32,000 nucleotides of DNA. Origin: Rhodobacter capsulatus SB 1003 (GTDB lineage Bacteria > Pseudomonadota > Alphaproteobacteria > Rhodobacterales > Rhodobacteraceae). The stretch is from positions 3,300,001 to 3,332,000 of the forward strand of contig NC_014034.1 of the NCBI RefSeq assembly GCF_000021865.1, in the 5' to 3' direction. The notes beneath the pieces were generated by a model. That model did not search any database and had not been told where the DNA came from. It saw nothing but the letters and a program-made list of their open reading frames with translations. This document shows positions 1 through 8,542 of this stretch, one piece after another. Positions within the stretch are counted from its first letter, which is position 1; each line of letters opens with the position of its first letter. Both the position numbers and the translations under genes were made by a program.

Positions 1-689
1 CCTATACCGTGGGCTGGATCGATGCCACCGCCACCGGCGCCAGCCTTGGCCGCGGCATCTTCGAAGAGGGCGAGGTCGCCCGCGGTCTGGTCAGGACACG
101 CGGAAAACCGGCGAAAGTGCCGCTGGATGCGCCGCATTTCGCGCTCTCGGCGCCTGTCGTGCGGGCCTTCAACGCGGCTTACTATGCCCGTGTGCCTGCA
201 GCCGGGAGGACGGTGGTGCGGACAATGGCGGAGTTCTTCTTTCCGCTCGACAGGATCCTCGACTGGAACCGGCTTTACGGCAGGCGCGGCTTTCATCAGT
301 TTCAATGCGTCGTGCCGCTGGCGGCGGCGGAGGCGCTGCGGGCCATGCTCGACCGGATCGCCACTTCGGGCCTGGCCTCGCCCTTGGCCGTGCTCAAGCG
401 GATGGGGCCGGGGCGGGCCGGGTATCTGTCCTTCCCGATGGAGGGCTATACCTTGGCCGTCGATTTCCCGAACCGTTCCGCCGCCCGCGATCTGATCCGC
501 ACGCTGGAGGAAGACACCGTCGCGGCGGGCGGGCGGCTTTATTTCGCCAAGGATGCCCTGGCCGGGGGGACGCATATCCCCGCCATGTATCCCGAACTGG
601 ACGCCTGGCGGCAGGAGGTGGCGCAAGCCGATCCCGCCCGGGCCTATGAGACCGACCTTGTCCGTCGGCTGAAGCTGAGGAGCCCCTGA
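1..689 (+). CDS. FAD-linked oxidoreductase, DprE1-like (decaprenylphospho-ribose 2'-oxidase family), C-terminal part; 5' end lies outside the window
   Basis: The reading frame is open from nt 3 to the TGA at 687-689, so the Met at nt 9 is probably internal. The C-terminal sequence FFFPLDRILDWNRLYGRRGFHQFQCVVP...GRLYFAKDA...MYPELDAWR...DLVRRLKL matches my recollection of the DprE1 / FAD-oxidase C-terminal domain. The stop lies 1 nt before the next ATG, suggesting an operon. Confidence 0.8.
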   Translation, partial: YTVGWIDATATGASLGRGIFEEGEVARGLVRTRGKPAKVPLDAPHFALSAPVVRAFNAAYYARVPAAGRTVVRTMAEFFFPLDRILDWNRLYGRRGFHQFQCVVPLAAAEALRAMLDRIATSGLASPLAVLKRMGPGRAGYLSFPMEGYTLAVDFPNRSAARDLIRTLEEDTVAAGGRLYFAKDALAGGTHIPAMYPELDAWRQEVAQADPARAYETDLVRRLKLRSP

Positions 690-690
690 G

Positions 691-1422
691 ATGCAGAGCT
701 GGATCATTTTGGGGGCCGGATCGGAGATGGCCCGCCCCTTCCTGCGCCGTCTGGCGGGCGACGGCGCAAGCCTGTTTCTGGCCGGTCGCAATCTGGCCGA
801 TCTTGAAACGCTGGCGCAGGATCTGCGGCTGCGGGGCGCGGCGGCGGCCGAGGTCGTGGCCTTTGATGCCCGCGACAGCGCCGGTTATCCCGCGCTGGTG
901 GCCCGGCTGGCCGCTTGCGAGGGCGTGCTGAATGCGGCCTCTTTCGTCGGCGCGATGCCGGATCAGGCGGCGATCGACGCCGATCCCGGGCTGATCGCCG
1001 GGGTGATCGCTGACAATTTCACCGGCCCCGCGACGTTTCTGAGCCTGCTGGCCCCGGTGCTGGAAGCCCGCGGCGCGGGTGTCGTCGTCGGCATCGGCTC
1101 GGTCGCGGGCGACCGGGGGCGGATCGGCAACTATGTTTACGGCGCGGCAAAGGCGGGGTTTGCCACCTATCTGTCGGGGCTGCGCAACCGGCTGGGCCGC
1201 CGCGGCGTGCAGGTGATGACGGTGAAGCCCGGCCCCGTGGCCACCCGGATGACCGCGGGAATGACGCTGCCTTTCATGACGACGCCCGAGGCCGTGGCCG
1301 AGGATATCGCGCAGGGCATCGCCAAACGCCGCAACGTGATCTACACGGCCAGGATCTGGGGGCCGGTGATGCGGGTGATCCGCGCCATCCCGGAACCGAT
1401 CTTCAAGAAACTCTCGATCTGA
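691..1422 (+). CDS. Short-chain dehydrogenase/reductase, DprE2-like partner of the upstream oxidase
   Basis: 243 aa. It has an N-terminal Rossmann glycine motif (ILGAGSEMA), the catalytic SDR Y-x-x-x-K (NYVYGAAKAG) and a PGPV motif. It is tightly coupled to the upstream DprE1-like gene. GC3-rich codons. Confidence 0.8.
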   Translation: MQSWIILGAGSEMARPFLRRLAGDGASLFLAGRNLADLETLAQDLRLRGAAAAEVVAFDARDSAGYPALVARLAACEGVLNAASFVGAMPDQAAIDADPGLIAGVIADNFTGPATFLSLLAPVLEARGAGVVVGIGSVAGDRGRIGNYVYGAAKAGFATYLSGLRNRLGRRGVQVMTVKPGPVATRMTAGMTLPFMTTPEAVAEDIAQGIAKRRNVIYTARIWGPVMRVIRAIPEPIFKKLSI

Positions 1423-2208
1423 TCAGCCGAATTTCGGCGCCCGTCCGGCCATGTTGGCGGCGATGACCGCCATCTGGTCGGGCTTGCCGATCAGCGCGAT
1501 CTGTTCGCGGCTTTCCAGCTGCAAGACCTCGGCCGCGGGCGCGGCATAGGCCGCCGTGACCAGCCGCTTCGCCGCCCGGATCGCGCTGGGCGAGCGCCCG
1601 GCAATCGCGCGGGCCAGATCCAGCGCCCGCATCAGCGGATCTTCGGCCAGTTCGGTGACCAGACCCAGCCGCAGCGCCTCTTCCCCCGGGACTTCCTCGG
1701 CGGTGTAGGTCATCCGCCGCAGCACGTCGGCGCGCAAAAGCTCGGGCAGGGTCACCATGCCGCCCATGTCGGGGATCAGCCCCCATTTCATCTCCATCAC
1801 CGCAAGCCGCGTGCCCGGCGCGGCAATGCGGATATCGGCCCCGGCGGCCAGCTGCAGCCCGGCGCCGAAGACGACGCCGTGCAGCGCCGCGATCACCGGC
1901 ACCGGCAGCGCGCGCCAGCACAGCGAAAACTGCTGGAACCGGTTCGCATCGCCGTGGCTGCGGGGCGCGATCAGCGCCTCGGGGTCGCCCAGGGCCAAAG
2001 CGGAGAAATTCGCGACATCCAACCCGGCGCAAAAGGCCCGGCCCTCGCCGCGCAGCACCACCGCCCGCAGGCCCGGTTCGGCGGCCAATTGCCCGGCCAG
2101 CGCGATCATCTCGTCGATCATCGCGAAATCGACCGCATTCATCTTGTCGGGGCGGTTCAGCGTCACCACCGCCACCCCCTCGACCCGTTGCAACGTCAGC
2201 CTGTCCAT
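1423..2208 (-). CDS. Enoyl-CoA hydratase/isomerase (crotonase) family protein
   Basis: 261 aa. Crotonase hallmarks are present: VVTLNRPDKMNA, RAVVLRGEGRAFCAGLDV, and the oxyanion-hole region GVVFGAGLQLAAGADIRIAA. Its stop codon abuts the stop of the convergent SDR gene (TGATCA). Confidence 0.85.
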   Translation of the reverse strand: MDRLTLQRVEGVAVVTLNRPDKMNAVDFAMIDEMIALAGQLAAEPGLRAVVLRGEGRAFCAGLDVANFSALALGDPEALIAPRSHGDANRFQQFSLCWRALPVPVIAALHGVVFGAGLQLAAGADIRIAAPGTRLAVMEMKWGLIPDMGGMVTLPELLRADVLRRMTYTAEEVPGEEALRLGLVTELAEDPLMRALDLARAIAGRSPSAIRAAKRLVTAAYAAPAAEVLQLESREQIALIGKPDQMAVIAANMAGRAPKFG

Positions 2209-2325
2209 CGCCTCCCCCCGCTTCGCGTTCCGTTTGCGTCATCAAAGCACATCGCGCCCGCCCGCGCGCGCATGACGCTGCGAAACCGGCTTTACGCAGG
2301 GCGCCAAAGCCCCTAGCCATGGCGC

Positions 2326-3441
2326 ATGACCCAGATCCGTCTCACGCCGCTTGTCGCCAGCCTGCCCGCCACCGTGCCCTTTGTCGGCCCCGAAACGCAG
2401 GAACGCCTGCGCGGCCGCCCGTTTCGGGCGCGGCTTGGCGCGAATGAAAACGGCTTCGGACCCTCCCCCCGCGCGATCGCCGCGATGGCGGCGGCGGCGG
2501 GCGAGGCCTGGATGTATGGCGACCCGGAAAACCACGATCTGAAGGTGGCGCTGGCCCACGCGCATGGCTGCGGCGTCGAAAATGTGGTCGTGGGCGAGGG
2601 GATCGACGGGCTTCTGGGCACGCTCTGCCGGATGGTTCTGAAACCGGGCGATGCGGTGGTGACCTCGGAGGGCGCCTATCCGACCTTCAATTTCCATGTC
2701 GCGGGCTTTGGCGGGGTCCTGCACAAGGCGCCCTACCGCAACGATGCCGAAGACCCCGAGGCGCTTTTGGCGCTGGCGCAGCAGGTCCGGCCGAAGCTCC
2801 TTTACATCGCCAATCCGGACAATCCGATGGCCAGCCATCACCCGGGCGCGGTGATCGCCGCGATGCTGGATCACCTGCCCGAAGGCACACTGATGGTGCT
2901 TGACGAGGCCTATGTCGAACTCGCCCCCGAGGGCACGGCGGCGCCGGTTGCGGCCGATGACCCCCGGGTGATCCGGATGCGCACCTTTTCGAAGGCGCAT
3001 GGGCTGGCAGGCGCCCGGGTGGGCTATGCGCTCGGCGCGGCGCCGCTGATTGCCGCCTTCGACAAGATCCGCAACCATTTCGGCATCAGCCGGATCAGCC
3101 AGGCCGGTACCCTTGCGGCGCTGTCGGACACCACCTGGCAGGTCTACATGCGCCGTCTGGTGGCGGCCTCGCGCGATCGGATTGCGGCGATTGCGGCAGA
3201 TAACGGGCTGAGCGCCCTGCCCTCGGCGACGAATTTCGTCGCCGTCGATTGCGGCGGGGACGGCGCCTTTGCCCGCGCCGTGCTGGAGGAGCTGACCGCC
3301 GCCGACATCTTCGTGCGCAAGCCCGCCGTCGCGCCGATGGACCGCTGCATCCGCATCTCCTGCGGGCCGGAGGCCGAGATGGCGGCGCTGGCAAAGGCCC
3401 TGCCCGGCGCGCTCGACCGGGCCAGAGAACGGTCCCGTTAA
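2326..3441 (+). CDS. hisC: Class I/II PLP-dependent aminotransferase, histidinol-phosphate aminotransferase-like
   Basis: 371 aa. It has the HisC-type N-terminal motif LGANENGFGPSP and the PLP-lysine region RTFSKAHGLAGARVGY. I cannot tell from sequence whether it is the housekeeping hisC or a paralog. Confidence 0.7.
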   Translation: MTQIRLTPLVASLPATVPFVGPETQERLRGRPFRARLGANENGFGPSPRAIAAMAAAAGEAWMYGDPENHDLKVALAHAHGCGVENVVVGEGIDGLLGTLCRMVLKPGDAVVTSEGAYPTFNFHVAGFGGVLHKAPYRNDAEDPEALLALAQQVRPKLLYIANPDNPMASHHPGAVIAAMLDHLPEGTLMVLDEAYVELAPEGTAAPVAADDPRVIRMRTFSKAHGLAGARVGYALGAAPLIAAFDKIRNHFGISRISQAGTLAALSDTTWQVYMRRLVAASRDRIAAIAADNGLSALPSATNFVAVDCGGDGAFARAVLEELTAADIFVRKPAVAPMDRCIRISCGPEAEMAALAKALPGALDRARERSR

Positions 3442-3525
3442 CGCTCACGCAAATGCGCGCAGCCTTGAATTGCGCGGGGCGGGATTCTGCCCGACAGTAG
3501 GGCATTCCCGTTTCAGGAGGCGCCC

Positions 3526-3924
3526 ATGACCCCGCACCGCAGTCCCCGTTTCCTTGCCGTCACCGCGCTTGGCCTTGCGCTGGCGCTGCCCGTTGCCGCG
3601 ACGGCCCGTGCCGAACAGGCGATGGAGGGCCATTCCGGCCATGCCATGAGCGCCACCGCCGATGCCGCCCCCTCGACCACCGCCTATATCGACGCCAATG
3701 CGAAGATGCATCAGGCGATGGCGATCGACTTCACCGGCAATGCCGATGTGGATTTCGTCCGCGGCATGATCGGCCACCATCAGGGCGCCATCGACATGGC
3801 AAAGATCGTGCTGGAAAACGGCGCCGATCCCGAGGTGCGAAAGCTGGCGCAGAACGTGATCGCGGCGCAGACGGCCGAGATCGACTGGATGCGGAAATGG
3901 CTTGAGACCCACGCGCCGAACTGA
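3526..3924 (+). CDS. Secreted DUF305-family protein (CopM-like, putative periplasmic metal-binding)
   Basis: 132 aa. GGAGG SD lies upstream. The signal peptide is MTPHRSPRFLAVTALGLALALPVAATARA, followed by a His/Met-rich stretch (MEGHSGHAMS). DUF305-type motifs are DFVRGMIGHHQGAIDMAK and AQNVIAAQTAEIDWMRKWL. Confidence 0.75.
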   Translation: MTPHRSPRFLAVTALGLALALPVAATARAEQAMEGHSGHAMSATADAAPSTTAYIDANAKMHQAMAIDFTGNADVDFVRGMIGHHQGAIDMAKIVLENGADPEVRKLAQNVIAAQTAEIDWMRKWLETHAPN

Positions 3925-3927
3925 GGC

Positions 3928-5127
3928 TCAGCCCGCGGCGATCACCGCGGCGGCAGATTGAATGCCGCCACCGCCATGGGCAAGGCCCAAAGCTTGCAGA
4001 CCGGCCTCCATCGTCGCCAGAACGCCCAGCACCATATGGGCGTTCACATGGCCCATGTGGCCGATGCGCAGGAAATCCCCCGCCTCGGGCGTGCCGGGCG
4101 CCGCCATGCCAAGGCCGATGCCGAGCGTGACCCCCGCCTCTGTCTCGCACCAGGCGCGCAGCCGCGCCGCGCCGCCCTGCCCGATCCGCGCCGCCGTCAC
4201 CGCGCCCGAACGATGCGCCGCCACCGGCACATTGAGCGCGATATCCCCGCCCTGCCCCCAGGCCTCGAAAGCCGCGGCGACGCTGCGGGACAGGGTGCGA
4301 TGCCGCGCCCAGACCTGTGGCAGGCCTTCCTCGTCGAGGATCATCTGCAGCGCCTCGGCCAGACCGAAGAGGTGATGCGTCGGCGCCGTGCCGCCGAATT
4401 GCTGCCAGTATTCCTGCGCGAAGATCCGCGGCCCCCAGTCCCAATAGGGCGTGACGAGACCGGCGCCCTTGCAGGCCGCCACCGCCTTGTCGGAAACCCA
4501 GACGAGGCCCAGACCCGGCGGCACCATCAGCCCCTTTTGGCTCGCCGCCACCATCACATCGACGCCCCAGTCGTCAAAGCGGAACTCATCGCAGCCCAGC
4601 GAGGCGATGCAATCGACCGCCAGCAGCGCCGGATGGCCCGCGGCATCGATTGCCGCCCGCACCGCCGCGACATCGTTGAGAACCGACGAGGCGGTATCGA
4701 CATGGGTCAGCAGCACGACCTTGATCTTGCGGGCGGTATCGGCGCGCAGCGCGGCCTCGACCCGGGCCGGATCGACCGGCGCCTTGATGCCGAAATCAAG
4801 CGTCTCGACCGTCACCCCCAGCGACCGGGCATGCTGCGCCCAGCCCAGCCCGAACCGCCCGGTGATCAGCGAAAGCGCGGTATCGCCGCGCGAAAACAGG
4901 TTCGAGATCGCGGCTTCCCAGGCGCCGTGGCCATTGGCCAGATAGATCGCCACATGGCCGGAACAGAGCGCGACGCGGCGCAGATCGGTCATCACCCGCG
5001 CGGTCAGATCGATCAGATCGCCCTCGTAGATGTTCGGCGCGGCGCGGTGCATCGCGCGCAGCACCCGGTCGGGCATCACCGAGGGGCCGGGAATGGCAAG
5101 ATAGGAACGTCCCTGGGCAAGGCTCAT
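3928..5127 (-). CDS. Class V PLP-dependent aminotransferase (serine-glyoxylate / alanine-glyoxylate type)
   Basis: 399 aa. The N-terminus LAIPGPSVMPDRVLRAM is typical of AGT/SGAT enzymes. The PLP-lysine context is VMVAASQKGLMVPPGLG. It is convergent with the DUF305 gene, with only 3 nt between the stops. Confidence 0.8.
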   Translation of the reverse strand: MSLAQGRSYLAIPGPSVMPDRVLRAMHRAAPNIYEGDLIDLTARVMTDLRRVALCSGHVAIYLANGHGAWEAAISNLFSRGDTALSLITGRFGLGWAQHARSLGVTVETLDFGIKAPVDPARVEAALRADTARKIKVVLLTHVDTASSVLNDVAAVRAAIDAAGHPALLAVDCIASLGCDEFRFDDWGVDVMVAASQKGLMVPPGLGLVWVSDKAVAACKGAGLVTPYWDWGPRIFAQEYWQQFGGTAPTHHLFGLAEALQMILDEEGLPQVWARHRTLSRSVAAAFEAWGQGGDIALNVPVAAHRSGAVTAARIGQGGAARLRAWCETEAGVTLGIGLGMAAPGTPEAGDFLRIGHMGHVNAHMVLGVLATMEAGLQALGLAHGGGGIQSAAAVIAAG

Positions 5128-5251
5128 GCGGTCTCTCCGATTGATCCGTCAGCGGTAGCGAAGCGCCCCGGGCCGGTCAACGACCGCGCTTGTATCCGTC
5201 ACAAACCGGGCCCCGCTTGTGACATCCGGGCTTTCCGGCTATCGATCCGCC

Positions 5252-7030
5252 ATGCCACAGGCAAAGACCGAGGACCGCGCGACCAGTTCTTCCCCCTCCG
5301 CCCCCTCCTCGTCGCGGATCTTCGCGCGGATCTGGCGCGACTACCTGCGGCAGCAATGGCTGCTGATGGCGGTGGCCATGCTGCTTCTGATGATCGAGGG
5401 ATCGACGCTTGGCCTGCTCAGCTGGATGATCGAGCCGCTCTTCGACCGGGTCTTCGCGCAGGGCCAGACCGGCGCGGTGATGTGGGTCGGCGCGGCGATC
5501 TTCGGGCTGTTCCTGATCCGGGCGATCACCTCGGTCGCGTCCAAGACGCTGCTGACCGCGGTGGCGCAGGCCTCCTCGACGGCGATGCAGATCGACATCG
5601 TCCGCCACATCCTGCGGCTGGATCAAAGCTTCTTCCAGACCAACCCGCCCGGCGCGCTGATCGACCGGGTGCAGGGCGACACCCAGGCGGTGCAGGGGGT
5701 CTGGAGCGTCTTCGTCTCCGGGGCGGGGCGCGATGCGGTGTCGCTGGTGTCGCTCTTTGTTGTCGCGCTGGCGATCGACTGGCGCTGGACGCTGGCGGCG
5801 CTGATCGGGGCGCCGCTGCTGATCGCGCCGACCGCGATGGCGCAGCGCTACATCCGCCGCAAGACCCGGCAGATGCGCGACGAATCCGGCCAGCGCGCGA
5901 CGCGGCTCGACGAGGTGTTTCACGGCATCGCCGCGGTGAAGCTTTACCAGATGGAGGACTATCAGCTGGGCCGCTTCACCGCGCTGGTGCAGCGGATCCG
6001 CCGGGCGCTGGTGAAGATGAGCTTCTCGCAGTCGATCGTGCCCGCGCTGATCGACGTGATGACCGGGCTTGGCTTCTTTGCCGTGCTCTTGATGGCCGCC
6101 CCCGAAATCACCTCGGGCGAACGCACGGTGGGCGAGTTCATGTCCTTCTTCACCGCGATGACCCTGACCTTTCAGCCGCTGCGGCGTCTGGGCGGGCTGG
6201 CGGGCACCTGGCAATCGGCCCGCGCCAGCCTCGAGCGGCTTTACGAGGTGCTTGACATCGCGCCCGGCGTCTTTGCCCCCGCCCGTCCCGCCGCGGCGCC
6301 GGCGACGACGCTGATCCGCTTCGATCAGGTCGACCTTTCCTATGGGCAAAAGCCGGTCCTGCGCGGGCTTTCCTTCACCGCCGAGGCGGGCAAGACCACC
6401 GCGCTTGTCGGCCCCTCGGGCGCCGGGAAATCGAGCGTCTTCAACCTGCTGACCCGTCTGGTCGAGGCGCAGTCGGGGGCGATCACCTTGGGCGGCGTGC
6501 CGATCACCGCGCTCGATCCGGCGGTGTTGCGCGGGCTTTTCGCGATGGTGACGCAGGATGCCGCGCTCTTTGACGAGACGATCAGGGAAAACATCCTGCT
6601 GGGCCGGACCGATGTCGCGCCCGAGGTGCTGGCCCGCGCCATCGAGGTGGCGCATGTGCGCGAATTCACCGAGGCGATGCCGCTTGGCCTCGACACCCCC
6701 GCCGGTCCGCGCGGCTCGGCGCTCTCGGGCGGGCAGCGCCAGCGCGTCGCCATCGCCCGGGCCGTGCTGCGCGATGCGCCGATCCTGCTTCTGGACGAGG
6801 CGACCTCGGCGCTTGACACCGCCTCCGAGGCGAAGGTGGCCGAGGCGCTGACGACCCTGTCGCAGGGCCGCACCACGCTGGTGATCGCGCACCGGCTCTC
6901 GACGGTGCGGCATGCCGACAAGATCGTGGTGATCGTCGAGGGGCAGGTGGTGGAAGAGGGCACGCACGAGGATCTGCTGGCCCGCGGCGGCGCCTATGCC
7001 ACCCTGTGCCGGATGCAGCTTGTGGAATGA
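5252..7030 (+). CDS. ABC exporter, fused transmembrane + ATPase (ABCB/MsbA-like)
   Basis: It has a six-TM N-terminal half followed by Walker A GPSGAGKSS, signature LSGGQRQRVAIARA, Walker B ILLLDEATSALD and an H-loop IAHRLST. The start is uncertain: ATG 5252 is preferred and GTG 5219 is possible. Neither has a clear SD. Confidence 0.85.
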   Translation: MPQAKTEDRATSSSPSAPSSSRIFARIWRDYLRQQWLLMAVAMLLLMIEGSTLGLLSWMIEPLFDRVFAQGQTGAVMWVGAAIFGLFLIRAITSVASKTLLTAVAQASSTAMQIDIVRHILRLDQSFFQTNPPGALIDRVQGDTQAVQGVWSVFVSGAGRDAVSLVSLFVVALAIDWRWTLAALIGAPLLIAPTAMAQRYIRRKTRQMRDESGQRATRLDEVFHGIAAVKLYQMEDYQLGRFTALVQRIRRALVKMSFSQSIVPALIDVMTGLGFFAVLLMAAPEITSGERTVGEFMSFFTAMTLTFQPLRRLGGLAGTWQSARASLERLYEVLDIAPGVFAPARPAAAPATTLIRFDQVDLSYGQKPVLRGLSFTAEAGKTTALVGPSGAGKSSVFNLLTRLVEAQSGAITLGGVPITALDPAVLRGLFAMVTQDAALFDETIRENILLGRTDVAPEVLARAIEVAHVREFTEAMPLGLDTPAGPRGSALSGGQRQRVAIARAVLRDAPILLLDEATSALDTASEAKVAEALTTLSQGRTTLVIAHRLSTVRHADKIVVIVEGQVVEEGTHEDLLARGGAYATLCRMQLVE

Positions 7031-7066
7031 GCCCGCCGCCCCATAATGGGGAAAAAGGGGGGCGCC

Positions 7067-7810
7067 ATGCGCAAGATCTTCGACATCACCGGCCAGGACC
7101 GCGAGCATTTCCTGCAGGGCCTTGTCTCCAATGACCTGCGGCGGCTGGCCGAGGGGCCGCTTTACGCCGCGCTGCTGACGCCGCAGGGCAAGTATCTGGC
7201 GGATTTCTTCCTGATCGCGCGGGGCGAGGCGATCCTGCTCGATATCGAGGCCGCGATTGCCGAGGCCACCGTGGCACGGCTGAACATGTATCGTCTGCGC
7301 GCCGATGTGGCGATCGCGCCCTCGGCGCTGTCGGTCTTTTGCGGCACCGGCCCCGCGCCCGAAGGCGCCCTCTCCGATCCGCGCCATCCGGAACTGGGCT
7401 GGCGGCTTTACGGCGACCGGGATGGCGACGATGGCAGCGACTGGGATGCGCTGCGCGTGGCGCATCTGATCCCCGCCACCGGCATCGAGCTGACGCCCGA
7501 GACCTATATCCTGGAAGCCGGGTTCGAACGGCTTCACGGCGTCGATTTCCGCAAGGGCTGCTATGTCGGGCAGGAGGTCACGGCGCGGATGAAGCACAAG
7601 ACAGAGCTACGCAAGGGGCTGGTGCAGCTGGCGATTTCGGGCGCGGCGCCGGTGGGCACGCCGATCGGGGCGGGCGGCAAGACCGTCGGCACGCTTTACA
7701 CGCAATCGGGCGGCAAGGCGCTGGCGCAGCTGCGGCTGGATGCGCTGGAGGGGCCGATGCAGGCCGGAGAGGCGCAGTTGCGGGCGGTGGAGGCGATCAC
7801 AAAAGCGTGA
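7067..7810 (+). CDS. ygfZ: Folate-binding Fe-S cluster repair / tRNA-modification protein YgfZ (GcvT-like fold)
   Basis: YgfZ signature KGCYVGQEVTARMKHKTELRKGL. AGGGGGG SD lies 4 nt before ATG 7067. The upstream ATG 7046 lacks an SD. Confidence 0.8.
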   Translation: MRKIFDITGQDREHFLQGLVSNDLRRLAEGPLYAALLTPQGKYLADFFLIARGEAILLDIEAAIAEATVARLNMYRLRADVAIAPSALSVFCGTGPAPEGALSDPRHPELGWRLYGDRDGDDGSDWDALRVAHLIPATGIELTPETYILEAGFERLHGVDFRKGCYVGQEVTARMKHKTELRKGLVQLAISGAAPVGTPIGAGGKTVGTLYTQSGGKALAQLRLDALEGPMQAGEAQLRAVEAITKA

Positions 7811-7955
7811 AGCCCGCGCCCGATTTGCGGCGCGCCCAAAGGACAGGCGGCGCCGCGCGGTCGAAGCGCAAAAACGCGGCGTCGCGCAATACCCCTTGTT
7901 TTGCACGCTCCGGACTTGAACGCAACGGTTTGGTAACCATATATGCGCCGGTGTT

Positions 7956-7974
7956 GCCGTTAACGGCACCTAAA
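7956..7974. promoter_or_regulatory. 12-bp perfect palindrome GCCGTTAACGGC overlapping a TTAA-N7-TAAA (CtrA-box-like) element
   Basis: Read directly: GCCGTTAACGGC at 7956-7967, TTAA at 7960-7963 and TAAA at 7971-7974. It lies in a 299-bp lower-GC intergenic region upstream of the 8110 CDS. The functional assignment is speculative. Confidence 0.25.
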
Positions 7975-8109
7975 TACGGGGGCTGTTGCGGCAAGCCATG
8001 CACCATGCGCATGCCGGACATGCCTTTCAGGGCATATCGAATCGGTGGGCAGGGGGCCTAGATGGCCGCCACGCCAGCAAACGCAAGAGCAATAACAAAG
8101 GACGGAATA

Positions 8110-8430
8110 ATGCGCGATTTCGTTGACGGCTCCGCATTCAACTATGAGCAAGGTCAGAGGGCGCGCAAGCTGTTTGCCGCGGTCGTCCTGGCGGCTCTGG
8201 ATGATGCGATTGCCGATGACAAGAAATACGGCAACGGCCCCGAGCAGATCGCCCGCTGGGCGCGCTCGCGCGATGGGCGCGAGGTCTTGTCCTGCGCCGG
8301 GATCGACCCGAACGAGCGCGTGGTCAAGGGGCTGATGGAATTCGTGTCGAAAGGGGTGCGGACCTCGGTGGCACTGTCGCGCGAAGAAAGCGAACGGCGG
8401 ATCGCGGCAGAGGAAGCAGAGGCGGCCTGA
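8110..8430 (+). CDS. Hypothetical protein (106 aa), no family recognised
   Basis: GC3-rich codons from ATG 8110 onward. An AAGGA SD-like sequence lies a few nt upstream. The 16 codons between the ORF-track start (8062) and 8110 are mostly A-ending, atypical for this genome, so 8110 is preferred. A strong terminator hairpin follows. Confidence 0.55.
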   Translation: MRDFVDGSAFNYEQGQRARKLFAAVVLAALDDAIADDKKYGNGPEQIARWARSRDGREVLSCAGIDPNERVVKGLMEFVSKGVRTSVALSREESERRIAAEEAEAA

Positions 8431-8454
8431 CCGCCCCTGCCCTGCCAGAGACGG

Positions 8455-8487
8455 AAAACGGCGCGCCAGGGGCGCGCCGTTTTCATT
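8455..8487. terminator. Bidirectional rho-independent terminator
   Basis: 13-bp perfect stem AAAACGGCGCGCC (8455-8467) / GGCGCGCCGTTTT (8471-8483) with a 3-nt loop. T-runs follow the stem on both strands. It lies between convergent genes. Confidence 0.65.
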
Positions 8488-8542
8488 TCCGGGGGGGGTC
8501 GCGGGGGGCCTTCGGCGCGACGGGGGCCGCGCCGGGGCCGGA

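Noticed and set aside
5094-5107. A possible third copy of the argF-flanking repeat (GGCAAGATA match)
   Set aside because: Only about 12 nt match. The match lies inside the coding N-terminus (YLAIPGP) of the class V aminotransferase, so it is coincidental.
5177-7597. 806-aa ORF on the minus strand, together with the 765-aa ORF at 3958-6255 (+)
   Set aside because: Both run antisense to, or out of frame with, well-supported genes (class V aminotransferase, ABC exporter, ygfZ). Their translations are Arg/Gly/Pro/Asp/His-rich low-complexity strings with no motifs. This is the usual stop-codon-poor artefact of ~65% GC DNA.
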